This document shows positions 33,152 through 42,891 of a DNA stretch of 64,000 nucleotides, piece by piece. The position numbers and the translations under genes were made by a program. Source of the stretch: a plasmid. The notes below the pieces were generated by a model, which saw only the letters and a list, made by a program, of their open reading frames with translations, was not told where the DNA came from and did no database searches. The stretch lies in the sequence record AP025670.1; one strand, given 5' to 3'. Within the stretch, counting starts at the first letter, position 1; every line of letters begins with the position of its first letter.

Positions 33152-33971
33152 GGCACTGTTGCAAAGTTAGCGATGAGGCAGCCTTTTGTCTTATTCAAAG
33201 GCCTTACATTTCAAAAACTCTGCTTACCAGGCGCATTTCGCCCAGGGGATCACCATAATAAAATGCTGAGGCCTGGCCTTTGCGTAGTGCACGCATCACC
33301 TCAATACCTTTGATGGTGGCGTAAGCCGTCTTCATGGATTTAAATCCCAGCGTGGCGCCGATTATCCGTTTCAGTTTGCCATGATCGCATTCAATCACGT
33401 TGTTCCGGTACTTAATCTGTCGGTGTTCAACGTCAGACGGGCACCGGCCTTCGCGTTTGAGCAGAGCAAGCGCGCGACCATAGGCGGGCGCTTTATCCGT
33501 GTTGATGAATCGCGGGATCTGCCACTTCTTCACGTTGTTGAGGATTTTACCCAGAAACCGGTATGCAGCTTTGCTGTTACGACGGGAGGAGAGATAAAAA
33601 TCGACAGTGCGGCCCCGGCTGTCGACGGCCCGGTACAGATACGCCCAGCGGCCATTGACCTTCACGTAGGTTTCATCCATGTGCCACGGGCAAAGATCGG
33701 AAGGGTTACGCCAGTACCAGCGCAGCCGTTTTTCCATTTCAGGCGCATAACGCTGAACCCAGCGGTAAATCGTGGAGTGATCGACATTCACTCCGCGTTC
33801 AGCCAGCATCTCCTGCAGCTCACGGTAACTGATGCCGTATTTGCAGTACCAGCGTACGGCCCACAGAATGATGTCACGCTGAAAATGCCGGCCTTTGAAT
33901 GGGTTCATGTGCAGCTCCATCAGCAAAAGGGGATGATAAGTTTATCACCACCGACTATTTGCAACAGTGCC
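33152..33971 (-). mobile_element. IS26 copy 3 (820 bp). No target-site duplication.
   Basis: Exact IS26 IRs; flanks AAAATCAT and GATTATTT. Confidence 0.95.
33204..33908 (-). CDS. tnpA: IS26 transposase.
   Basis: Identical copy. Confidence 0.95.
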   Translation of the reverse strand: MNPFKGRHFQRDIILWAVRWYCKYGISYRELQEMLAERGVNVDHSTIYRWVQRYAPEMEKRLRWYWRNPSDLCPWHMDETYVKVNGRWAYLYRAVDSRGRTVDFYLSSRRNSKAAYRFLGKILNNVKKWQIPRFINTDKAPAYGRALALLKREGRCPSDVEHRQIKYRNNVIECDHGKLKRIIGATLGFKSMKTAYATIKGIEVMRALRKGQASAFYYGDPLGEMRLVSRVFEM

Positions 33972-33973
33972 GA

Positions 33974-34363
33974 TTATTTTTGTGCGGCCACAATAAGCAG
34001 AGATTGCAGGGCAGCTCTGTCAGAGTTTCGGATCGCCCTGTCGAGGATAGTTTCCTGTCCATCATCTGCCCAGGCTTCAACATGATAATTTGACCATACG
34101 TTACGTTCAGTCGAAGGCAGACGGTCATCGGGTTCAATGTGGAGTGTGGGGGTACACTCTATGTCTGAAAGATAGGGCTTTGCGACATCGCCATCCGTAA
34201 TGCCGTTGACCCGTCCACCACAGTGATCAGCAATTACCCGCCCTATATCCAGCATGAAGGCCTGGTGCGCCTCACGGGAGTCAAGTTCACCCAGCAGTTC
34301 AGGTTTAATAAGAAGACCGGTTACGATTTCAGCCAGTTCATTGGGTAATATTTGCTTTGTCAT
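33974..34363 (-). CDS. Hypothetical 129-aa protein. The 3' end abuts the IS26 boundary and may be truncated or fused.
   Basis: GAGG RBS; the stop lies 3 bp from the IS26 IR. Confidence 0.4.
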   Translation of the reverse strand: MTKQILPNELAEIVTGLLIKPELLGELDSREAHQAFMLDIGRVIADHCGGRVNGITDGDVAKPYLSDIECTPTLHIEPDDRLPSTERNVWSNYHVEAWADDGQETILDRAIRNSDRAALQSLLIVAAQK

Positions 34364-34428
34364 AATGCCTCACAAAATAGACAGATCAGTACAGAAGAGT
34401 GGAGGGAGAATGCCCGGACCAAAGAGAG

Positions 34429-35187
34429 TCACATGACGTTCAGGTACGATTTCATCACCCGGAACTCATCAGGAGTGATTGGTTTCATACTGGATTTTTT
34501 GATGGCAGAGCCAGAACTAAATTGTATCCCTCCTTCGGCATCTTTTTCCCCACCATCGCGATAGTTAAGCTGAATCTCATCATACCTATGCGCTGCATTA
34601 ACGCTGTTCGGGCAACGCAATATAAACGATACTGGATATTCAAGCTCACCGACGACCTCTGTAAATTCACAAAAGAAGTAATTCATCTTCTCGGCGAAAG
34701 CGGTTCGTTCAGCCTCCAGAAAATTGTGTAGACCTGTCCACCGGATGAAATCCTTACTCACGACACAGGCAGCGCCTCCAAACCCGTCAGGCCTTTTTAA
34801 GTTACTGCATGTAAAAGCAATTTTGAACTCTATCAATTCGTTCCTGTCAAATGCAATAAGTGCCGCCTGAGCAAACAGCGCACCATGTTCAGAATTGAAA
34901 TCACCGAGATCACTGTTAATAAGAAAACCTTCAGGGCATTTTTCCCCATCAAAATGCCAGTCCAGGTCTTCAGGAATATCTGCAACATTTCTGAATGGAT
35001 GGTTCAGGACACAGTGACGTACAATAATCTCCATTTCTGACAGGCCGTTTGTGTTATCACATGAAATGAGTTTTTGAATAAAACTATCATCCGGTTCAAA
35101 CAATTCATTCATTGCCTCAAGTAATATATCAGCTTGAGTAGGATTTGCTTCAATAAGACAAGCACATTCTGAATAAAAGTCAGCCAT
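34429..35187 (-). CDS. Hypothetical 252-aa protein (MADFYSECACLIEANPTQADILLEAMNELF...).
   Basis: ORF track (internal Met). Co-oriented with the downstream 129-aa gene. Confidence 0.45.
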   Translation of the reverse strand: MADFYSECACLIEANPTQADILLEAMNELFEPDDSFIQKLISCDNTNGLSEMEIIVRHCVLNHPFRNVADIPEDLDWHFDGEKCPEGFLINSDLGDFNSEHGALFAQAALIAFDRNELIEFKIAFTCSNLKRPDGFGGAACVVSKDFIRWTGLHNFLEAERTAFAEKMNYFFCEFTEVVGELEYPVSFILRCPNSVNAAHRYDEIQLNYRDGGEKDAEGGIQFSSGSAIKKSSMKPITPDEFRVMKSYLNVM

Positions 35188-35419
35188 GATAAACCTCATA
35201 TCTGTTTAGATGAGTACGGTCGATTAGGAGTAAGACCATCATACTAAACCAAACCGGCTCATCAAGGGGGTATTTCCACCGGAAGCAATAATAATCAAGG
35301 TCAGATTCATAAATTCTGGATAATAATAGCCACCCCCTTAAATGGTACAAGAAACCCTTGAAAACGGTGAGAAATATTGGGCTTGCAAAATTTAGTTTTT
35401 CTGATTGAAGCTTTGTATT

Positions 35420-36151
35420 CTATCCAGTTTTATATATAAGAGATAATGGTAGCGCCGAAAAACAGACGTTAAACTCCATAATTGTAATAGTGCTAAGAAC
35501 ATAATCAATCTCGTCCAGCAATTCAGCCAGTGTGTAACACCAAATATAGTCCTTTCTGTATGAAGTTATCCAGAATGATGACCACCATTCCTTAATCAGC
35601 AGGTAAATATGATTAGTTGTAAGTCCTTGTCCATGGGTATCGTTTCGCCACTCTTCTAACCAGCGTTTATGTTGACCTGGAACACAGAAAGACAAGTAAA
35701 GCCTGGATTTTGCAACGTTAATTTCAAGTTGATATTTCAATAGGTTAGATTCTTTCTTTGTCAGGCGATCCACCCTTTGATCATGAATCCGGTCACGGTG
35801 TTCGCGGCGCTGAAAAACCCTGTTCTGTAACTCCGGGAACATGGAAACTGCCAGAGACCAGGAAAGAGGGAGAATAAAACACTCTCCACGAGATTCAATC
35901 AGAATATCGATAGCACGCAGGTATTCAACTTTAGTTGCTTCGCCACGAACAAATGGATCGTAACTCGAATCGACCTTTCTCAAGTCATTCGAGCTAATTT
36001 GCGATTTACCTGTAAGTTCTTTAAAAAAGGCTTTGACGTAGGCCAGTTCTCCTGTTTTCCGTCCCAAAGCTCTGCGATTCTCCACAGAAGAAATAGAAGC
36101 CATTGCACATCGCTGGAAAGGGTTAATCGGGACAAGCGTGGAAGATTTCAT
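35420..36151 (-). CDS. PsiA-like protein (plasmid SOS-inhibition protein A family), a paralogue of 48939..49661.
   Basis: Same length, and colinear similarity to the second copy (ALVP(L/I)N..QQCAM..YAKAFF.E.TGK..RGEATK..Y.RAID.IIESRG). PsiA assignment is from memory of the family. Confidence 0.45.
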   Translation of the reverse strand: MKSSTLVPINPFQRCAMASISSVENRRALGRKTGELAYVKAFFKELTGKSQISSNDLRKVDSSYDPFVRGEATKVEYLRAIDILIESRGECFILPLSWSLAVSMFPELQNRVFQRREHRDRIHDQRVDRLTKKESNLLKYQLEINVAKSRLYLSFCVPGQHKRWLEEWRNDTHGQGLTTNHIYLLIKEWWSSFWITSYRKDYIWCYTLAELLDEIDYVLSTITIMEFNVCFSALPLSLIYKTG

Positions 36152-36410
36152 TAATTACCATCCTTAGAGAATAGGAAGCACATAAAGACATATTATCAGT
36201 AATTATTTCACTTGCCAGTACCTATTTATATAATAGTGCTTATGAATAATTTTCAAAAACATTTAATATTTTTCGGAGTCAACTTCAAACATGAGAAAGC
36301 AACTTTTAGCACACCCATAAACTGGAAGCATATAAAAACAGTGAGCAAAGGGAGGGTTAAAGCAATTACTAAGCCTTACATGAAAGGCTTAGTAAAGGAA
36401 ATCAGGGATA

Positions 36411-37013
36411 TTACTTAGTGATACAGCTTTCAACTAGTGAAGCAATGAATTTTCTTTCTGCATAACATCCTTTCATTGATTGCGGATCAAAAACAATATT
36501 ATCAGCTTCGACATAGCGTAGCCTGTGGTATACAGACAAACGCGCTTCATTCCTTTTATGCTCTTCAAGTACCGGGGTGTAATCATGATCGGTCATTCCT
36601 ATAACAAAGAAAGCACAAATGACAGATAGTCCAATGATAAAGAAGGGAGCATGTTCCAGGAAAGAAGACATTGTTTTAGATACGTTTACGTCAAAAATAT
36701 CAACAACAGCATTACTGAATAAGGTAATAATTATAAGTAAAAACATTACACCGATAACACAGGAAATCCGGAGGACCATTTTTGTGTTGTCAGGCTCAGC
36801 AGTAACTTCATCAGGTGGTGCAAAGACAGTGGAACGAGTCGTCTTCTGCATTTCCGAACCGGCATAACCTCCGCCTCCCAGAATAACAGAGTCTCCCGAA
36901 ATGCCGCCCCCCAGTACTGAACCTGATCGTTCAGTGGTTGAAGTTTCCTTCAGATAAAGGGAGTGCAAAGGGATCCCGTCAGTTGGTGAATAATGAACTT
37001 TCATGATAGTCAT
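36411..37013 (-). CDS. Hypothetical membrane protein (Gly-rich N-terminus, one TM).
   Basis: ORF track; hydrophobic segment 'VIGVMFLLIIITLF'. Confidence 0.4.
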   Translation of the reverse strand: MTIMKVHYSPTDGIPLHSLYLKETSTTERSGSVLGGGISGDSVILGGGGYAGSEMQKTTRSTVFAPPDEVTAEPDNTKMVLRISCVIGVMFLLIIITLFSNAVVDIFDVNVSKTMSSFLEHAPFFIIGLSVICAFFVIGMTDHDYTPVLEEHKRNEARLSVYHRLRYVEADNIVFDPQSMKGCYAERKFIASLVESCITK

Positions 37014-37173
37014 AGTAAGGCTCCTGATTATTGATACTTTTATAGTACTGTGAGCCTGAGGACAATTTTTCCTTTAAAAGGGTGAAATCGCTTTTTAACA
37101 ATTTTTTTTACCGGGCACGAAAGGATAAAAACCGTAGTTGTCCTGCAAAAGCATCCAATTATGGAAAAACTAT

Positions 37174-37993
37174 GGCACTGTTGCAAATAGTCGGTGGTGA
37201 TAAACTTATCATCCCCTTTTGCTGATGGAGCTGCACATGAACCCATTCAAAGGCCGGCATTTTCAGCGTGACATCATTCTGTGGGCCGTACGCTGGTACT
37301 GCAAATACGGCATCAGTTACCGTGAGCTGCAGGAGATGCTGGCTGAACGCGGAGTGAATGTCGATCACTCCACGATTTACCGCTGGGTTCAGCGTTATGC
37401 GCCTGAAATGGAAAAACGGCTGCGCTGGTACTGGCGTAACCCTTCCGATCTTTGCCCGTGGCACATGGATGAAACCTACGTGAAGGTCAATGGCCGCTGG
37501 GCGTATCTGTACCGGGCCGTCGACAGCCGGGGCCGCACTGTCGATTTTTATCTCTCCTCCCGTCGTAACAGCAAAGCTGCATACCGGTTTCTGGGTAAAA
37601 TCCTCAACAACGTGAAGAAGTGGCAGATCCCGCGATTCATCAACACGGATAAAGCGCCCGCCTATGGTCGCGCGCTTGCTCTGCTCAAACGCGAAGGCCG
37701 GTGCCCGTCTGACGTTGAACACCGACAGATTAAGTACCGGAACAACGTGATTGAATGCGATCATGGCAAACTGAAACGGATAATCGGCGCCACGCTGGGA
37801 TTTAAATCCATGAAGACGGCTTACGCCACCATCAAAGGTATTGAGGTGATGCGTGCACTACGCAAAGGCCAGGCCTCAGCATTTTATTATGGTGATCCCC
37901 TGGGCGAAATGCGCCTGGTAAGCAGAGTTTTTGAAATGTAAGGCCTTTGAATAAGACAAAAGGCTGCCTCATCGCTAACTTTGCAACAGTGCC
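37174..37993 (+). mobile_element. IS26 copy 4 (820 bp), opposite orientation to copies 1-3. No target-site duplication.
   Basis: Exact IS26 IRs; flanks AAAACTAT and TGATTAAT. Confidence 0.95.
37237..37941 (+). CDS. tnpA: IS26 transposase.
   Basis: Identical copy. Confidence 0.95.
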   Translation: MNPFKGRHFQRDIILWAVRWYCKYGISYRELQEMLAERGVNVDHSTIYRWVQRYAPEMEKRLRWYWRNPSDLCPWHMDETYVKVNGRWAYLYRAVDSRGRTVDFYLSSRRNSKAAYRFLGKILNNVKKWQIPRFINTDKAPAYGRALALLKREGRCPSDVEHRQIKYRNNVIECDHGKLKRIIGATLGFKSMKTAYATIKGIEVMRALRKGQASAFYYGDPLGEMRLVSRVFEM

Positions 37994-38336
37994 TGATTAA
38001 TGCCGCGATAAGCACCAAAGCTATTATTGCTCGTCACTTCCATTCAAATTAATTACGCCACATGTTTCAGTAAATGGGAAAGGCAAGAAAACCAACCCCC
38101 TTCTCTAAACATCACATTCTTTCAGCAAAAGGGACTTACTTAATCTGGATAAGACTGACCAAAGAATTAACGGTGCGAGAAAGTTAGCACCCGATTGCTC
38201 GCCGTTATCTTCAATTCAAAGAGAGAGAAATAAATAACAGATTGATTCCCGCCTCACTATTCGACCCCTTATTCCGCCATGAGACAATTTCATTATCTGA
38301 ACGACACGTTAATGCAATTAAACCGGAGCTAAAACC

Positions 38337-38975
38337 ATGTCCTTATCTGCAAAATATATTTACGCCACTGCCAAAGTTTCTATGTCTCACGTACTGGATC
38401 AGAACGCATTCTTCGACATCGCGTTTAACGAAAACACGGAGTACGTCTACTCGGGCATCAACAAAAGCATCATCGTGAATCTGGACGCTGCCGGGAAAGA
38501 CTGGGAAAGCATTGAGGCCAGACTGCTTAATGACGGATGGAGCACTGAGCGTTTTCCGGGGCTGCTCGGCATCTTTCAATCGCTCGTTGCCCAGCGGATC
38601 GCCTGCGTGGAGTTCCATGAACATCACCCTAAAATGCAGTGGCATAACTGGTTCACCCCGGAGACATTCATGGAAGTAAAACCCATCGGTTACGATAAGC
38701 CTCTCTTTGCCTATAAAGAACTGCCGGACGAACAGCAGAAGCAGGCCAACAAATTAATGGTAGTCGTTTCCCCTGAAACGCTAACCGACAAGGTTTTTGC
38801 GGTCGTAGGCAACGGTCGAGTCGTGAAGGTAGATGGCTTGTACGAGATGGTGCGGGAGCCGGATGAAATTAAACCCGACTATGACCGACTGATTTTTACC
38901 CCAACCAAAGAGCGGCTGGTGCTGAAAGTGAATAAAGATAAAGACACAGTTAACATCGCAATGATTATGAGCTGA
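38337..38975 (+). CDS. Hypothetical 212-aa protein, driven by a TTCGAC-N17-GACAAT promoter at 38260-38288.
   Basis: ORF track; promoter motif shared with the leading-region genes. Confidence 0.5.
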   Translation: MSLSAKYIYATAKVSMSHVLDQNAFFDIAFNENTEYVYSGINKSIIVNLDAAGKDWESIEARLLNDGWSTERFPGLLGIFQSLVAQRIACVEFHEHHPKMQWHNWFTPETFMEVKPIGYDKPLFAYKELPDEQQKQANKLMVVVSPETLTDKVFAVVGNGRVVKVDGLYEMVREPDEIKPDYDRLIFTPTKERLVLKVNKDKDTVNIAMIMS

Positions 38976-39184
38976 TAACCTGTCCCGGCTGTTTGTTGAC
39001 CGATCACACATTTTCATTTCGATACATTCCAAATGAAAACAGAGAGCAATCAGCCCAAGTTTCCGGCACCTGCACATACCGGCTCAATTCGATAAGAATG
39101 ATAACGTTGAGACAGGGACAAACTTGCTTTGTGCCTGTTGAGAGGTTGACCGAGCCGGAGAACGGCGCTGGTAAGATACCCCAC

Positions 39185-39670
39185 CTAACTGATCCGGCTG
39201 ATAGCTACGGACTGACGCAACACGGCCAGCACATCACTGACTGATATCTGCCATGCAGCTGCCTGACGTCGGATAATAAAAACGCCTAACTCAATTCGCT
39301 GATTATGACTAAGCATGTGCTGAATAGTCGTTCCCCCTTCGGAGATGATCAGCATAACGCCTTTAGCATCGTTATTGTGGACTTTCAGACCCTTGTTTTT
39401 TTTCGTACCGTGATAGCTCACATCAAGCGTTTTTTGCAGGCCAAAAAGCAACTCGCATAGCCCGGTCAGTTCATCCTTCGAGAGCTGGAGATAGATTTTG
39501 TTTGCCCAGTCTGCCGAGCTGTCGATTATTTTTGCCATCTCAACATTCACGGTCAGTTCACTGGTTTTTTCTTTTTTAGTGTACTGCACACTGAGGGCAG
39601 TACATTTGCTTGCGTCACGCTGATTATCCCCATAAAACTTAATGGCTTCTTCGAATTTATTTTCGCCCAT
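39185..39670 (-). CDS. Hypothetical 161-aa protein.
   Basis: ORF track. Confidence 0.4.
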   Translation of the reverse strand: MGENKFEEAIKFYGDNQRDASKCTALSVQYTKKEKTSELTVNVEMAKIIDSSADWANKIYLQLSKDELTGLCELLFGLQKTLDVSYHGTKKNKGLKVHNNDAKGVMLIISEGGTTIQHMLSHNQRIELGVFIIRRQAAAWQISVSDVLAVLRQSVAISRIS

Positions 39671-39819
39671 TTTCTTTACTCCTTTACCGTTTTGTGTCTA
39701 TTTTCCCACACAGACATGTCATACCGAACGCCTTTGCCGAGTGTTCTAAGCTAAATTCATGAATAATATGGGATTGCCTATTTTTTTTCGGGGCTATCTT
39801 TTGCTGGTGGATTGCGGAT

Positions 39820-39930
39820 CAAAAGGTGTCTGCTGAGGGGAAGGTATGTCATTCATTACTCCCACGGAACAGTAGAAGAGGATTTATCCTTCATTTTTCC
39901 CCGTAAAAGGTGTCCGCTGAGGGGAAACTC
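39820..39930. repeat. Two inverted-orientation iteron copies (AAAAGGTGTC[T/C]GCTGAGGGGAA) about 85 bp apart.
   Basis: Reverse complement of the CCCCTCAGCACACACC iteron with one mismatch. Confidence 0.6.
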
Positions 39931-39984
39931 GTCGGAAATACCCCGATTTTGTCCTCTTTTTTTCTGTTTGAGCATTATTTAATC

Positions 39985-40440
39985 GAATCTTCCCCCCAGC
40001 ACACACCGCAAATTTAGTTAGTCATTGATTTATATAGACTTTACTAAACAACAATATTTGAGGCAAGTCCGACGAGCAGGACGAAAAACCCCCCTGACAC
40101 ACACCATTCACGATCCGGGTAATGCACAGCGCACAGAAATGTTTAAAAAAGAAGCAAATTAGGAGGGGGATTTATCAGGAATTCCCGTCAAACCCCTTGG
40201 CACACACCGAACGAAAGCCAATTCCTTCCCCCTGACACACACTTTACCGGTGATAATTACGCCCCGTGATACTCACTCGGAGGGAAAACCACCAATTTTC
40301 CCCCTGACGCACACCTTGCCAGTGGCATTCCCCCCTGACACACACCTTGCCAGAGAGGCGATCAGTTCCCCCTGACACACACCTTTGCAATGACTGTTAA
40401 CCCCCCTGACACACACTTTTCATTGACAGCCAAACCACAG
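39985..40440. repeat. Array of eight direct iterons (consensus CCCCCTGACACACACC, period about 33-40 bp) downstream of repA.
   Basis: Repeats read directly: CCCCCCAGCACACACC, CCCCCTGACACACACC x5, CCCTTGGCACACACC, CCCCTGACGCACACC. Confidence 0.75.
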
Positions 40441-40446
40441 GCACAC

Positions 40447-41313
40447 TTATTCGTTGATTACACTTAGCTTTGGACTTCGCTTGTGAATGATGAGGTAATT
40501 CTCTTGTCCTTTTTTCACCATAGAAGCGTCCAAATAGCCGATATCTATCAGCTTAGTAATCGCTTTTTTGATGATTCGATTCTGTTCTTTAACCTGACTG
40601 ATCAGAGACAACCTTTCACGTAGGCGTTCAAAAGAGATAGGAGCCGGGTTACTTGGAAGGCTTGCAAGGAAGGTATACAGGGCTTGTGCAACTTCTAGAC
40701 GTGGAAGGGCTTTTATTGCATGTAGTTGAAGAACAACACGATAATCAAAGTAGTATAACTCCCATAATCGCTCGTCTGCTTCCAGTTCCACAACGTCTGT
40801 ATCGGCATTGAAATAGGCTATCTTTATGAGGCCGGTATGATATGCAGATTGTGAATCTTTGCCTCGCTTAAATGAGATCGATTTCCCCCTGATTTTACGA
40901 AGCGATTCATCTATATGCGCTCTCAGTTTCTTGTCCAGTTTTTTACCGGGGAAACCACAATCTTTTGCGAACTCAGAAAACTTTAGTTTGATGCGGTTTG
41001 ACGAAATCCCGTACTTGCTGAACGCTTTGACTATGCCGATCCACACCTTGAAATCAGTATCCATATCAAGACGTTCACCAGTGATTTTTATGTCAGTAAA
41101 CCCCTCAAGTCTTGCAAATTCAAAGGTAGAACTTAATTCACTGACATCAATCATCGGGCTGTAGTCAGATGACCTTGATGGTTTAGGCACAAACAGGCCA
41201 AGGCGCATAAAGGCCACTGGTTGAATTGTATTCAGTTCATTAACTGTTAATGGTTTTTGTTTTTCTTCCGTGTTACCAAATAACACATCAGATATAACTA
41301 GTTGAGTTTCCAT
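40447..41313 (-). CDS. repA: Iteron-type replication initiation protein (Rep_3 family, RepFIB-like), 288 aa.
   Basis: Flanked by iterons on both sides. Winged-helix Rep_3-like sequence; the internal Met (METQLVISDV) is chosen because upstream in-frame codons run through the iterons. Confidence 0.8.
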   Translation of the reverse strand: METQLVISDVLFGNTEEKQKPLTVNELNTIQPVAFMRLGLFVPKPSRSSDYSPMIDVSELSSTFEFARLEGFTDIKITGERLDMDTDFKVWIGIVKAFSKYGISSNRIKLKFSEFAKDCGFPGKKLDKKLRAHIDESLRKIRGKSISFKRGKDSQSAYHTGLIKIAYFNADTDVVELEADERLWELYYFDYRVVLQLHAIKALPRLEVAQALYTFLASLPSNPAPISFERLRERLSLISQVKEQNRIIKKAITKLIDIGYLDASMVKKGQENYLIIHKRSPKLSVINE

Positions 41314-41334
41314 AATAAAATAATTCCCCCCCAC

Positions 41335-41470
41335 GTAAATGCTACGATTGTGGAAAAGTATCACATTTTCCCCGTGACGCCCACCTTTTTTCCCCTCAGC
41401 ACACACCCAAATCCCCGTAACACACACTTTCTTCCCCTCAGCACACACCTTTTTCCCCTCAGCACACACC
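41335..41470. repeat. Five direct iterons upstream of repA (CCCCGTGACGCCCACC, CCCCTCAGCACACACC x3, CCCCGTAACACACAC).
   Basis: Read directly from the sequence. Confidence 0.75.
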
Positions 41471-41509
41471 GAAAAACGTTGTAAGCCTTGTGGCAGTAAG
41501 GCTACAGAC

Positions 41510-41590
41510 CACGGGGATCTTTTTGGTTTTATCTGGATCTCTCTATGGATCTATTATTGGATCTACACGGTGGATATGTGGATAACTTTA
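41510..41590. other. Putative oriV core: four GATC sites spaced about 12 bp apart (41516, 41536, 41548, 41560) and a perfect DnaA box TGTGGATAA (41577-41585).
   Basis: Motifs read from the sequence, adjacent to the iterons. Confidence 0.5.
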
Positions 41591-41692
41591 AATGATGGTA
41601 ATGTGGAGGAATATCTGACGCGCTACGCTTGTCCAACCGCTGCCGGGCAATGAAAGGTAAACCCATTCATTACCCGACAACGGTTCCCGGAA

Positions 41693-41971
41693 CTACCCCA
41701 AAGCCATCGGTTCTAACCGTAAGTATACAGTTTCATAGATAAATTTAAGAAGTCCGTTGAAGTATACGCGTTGATGCTTATCTGCTGCCCCTGTAGCCTG
41801 ATCGATTAATACCTCCAGACCGTTCTTAGGCTGATTAAGTGAGACATTATTTAGTAGATTATATTGCTCAACGAATCCATCTGTACCAATAGCCTCTATC
41901 ACTATCAATCTGAAAGCAGGATCTCTCAACAGAGCCAGTTCATGAGGTGTATAGATTTTGATGATTTTCAT
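41693..41971 (-). CDS. Hypothetical small protein (MKIIKIYTPHELALLRDPAF...).
   Basis: Internal Met with an AAAGGGAA RBS. Confidence 0.35.
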   Translation of the reverse strand: MKIIKIYTPHELALLRDPAFRLIVIEAIGTDGFVEQYNLLNNVSLNQPKNGLEVLIDQATGAADKHQRVYFNGLLKFIYETVYLRLEPMALG

Positions 41972-42217
41972 CTGAGTTTGTTCCCTTTCTGGTAAGACAG
42001 GTTTATCGAACCGCATCAGAATACATCTGATAAGCTTTGTCTTCTGGTAGTTCAGCCAGAAAAACAAGGATACCTCCGTTTTTCTTCCAAATATTTTTAT
42101 AAATATTTGATTTATCGGCTATAGAATTTAAGTCTTTAACGTTAATGTGAATAGCGAGGCAGGAGATGAGAGGCTATAGCGCGATCCTTCGGTAAACGCT
42201 CTGTTTGCCTGTCATGA

Positions 42218-42874
42218 TTATTTCAAAACGCTACTCAGGAAATGAATAGCCGGACGGTACACAGGGAATGACATAGCCCACAAGGCCGCGCACATACAGA
42301 AGAACGAGACAAAATACGATATCTTTGTCCAGTAGGTGAAAACCACCAGCGCCTGACGCCCTCTGCCCTTTACAACGAATCGCAGCAGGCTAACAGCGGT
42401 TGTGACAATGAGAAAAATAACTTCCGGCAGAGAGAACAGCGTCAGACCCAGCAACAACATGTCGCTTTTCGTATCATAAAAAAGCAATTTTGCCATTTTA
42501 GGGTCAACATCTACCAGTTTCCCATAAACAGGTTCATTAGCCACAGAAGCCTCTGTATCGCTCTGTATGAGGCGCTTTAGATCTTCCCTACCCATACCTG
42601 CTAAATCAGCTGTCATGTACTCTATGTAGCGCATATGCGCCTTATCGTTCGTTCCGGGCACGTTAACCAGTAATGCCGTGGTATCCGGCTTTTCCCTGTC
42701 CCGTATCACAGATACCCAGTTGGTATTGTAAGGGGCGACCCGAGAGGCCATGAGGTAGACACGTAAATCATCACTACGAGTGACGGCCTGACTACCTATA
42801 ACTGCGATGAACACCATGACTATCAGTGTTAGCCAGTAGCTCCAGAAAAACCATTTAGATAATCTTGATGCCAT
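42218..42874 (-). CDS. Hypothetical membrane protein (N- and C-terminal TM segments), 218 aa.
   Basis: ORF track; hydrophobicity. Confidence 0.45.
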   Translation of the reverse strand: MASRLSKWFFWSYWLTLIVMVFIAVIGSQAVTRSDDLRVYLMASRVAPYNTNWVSVIRDREKPDTTALLVNVPGTNDKAHMRYIEYMTADLAGMGREDLKRLIQSDTEASVANEPVYGKLVDVDPKMAKLLFYDTKSDMLLLGLTLFSLPEVIFLIVTTAVSLLRFVVKGRGRQALVVFTYWTKISYFVSFFCMCAALWAMSFPVYRPAIHFLSSVLK

Positions 42875-42891
42875 TCCATTCCCCGACAGTT

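Noticed and set aside
39985-40440. Regularly spaced 16-bp repeats that could superficially resemble a CRISPR array.
   Set aside because: The repeats are short iterons (CCCCCTGACACACACC) with conserved spacing and related inter-repeat sequence. They flank a Rep_3 initiator gene and a DnaA box, and there are no cas genes. They are replication iterons, not CRISPR.
40447-41469. Long 340-aa version of the Rep ORF with a repetitive 'CAEGKKVCAEGKKV' N-terminus.
   Set aside because: The N-terminal extension is a translation of the iteron array (repeats at the DNA level). The true start is the internal Met METQLV.
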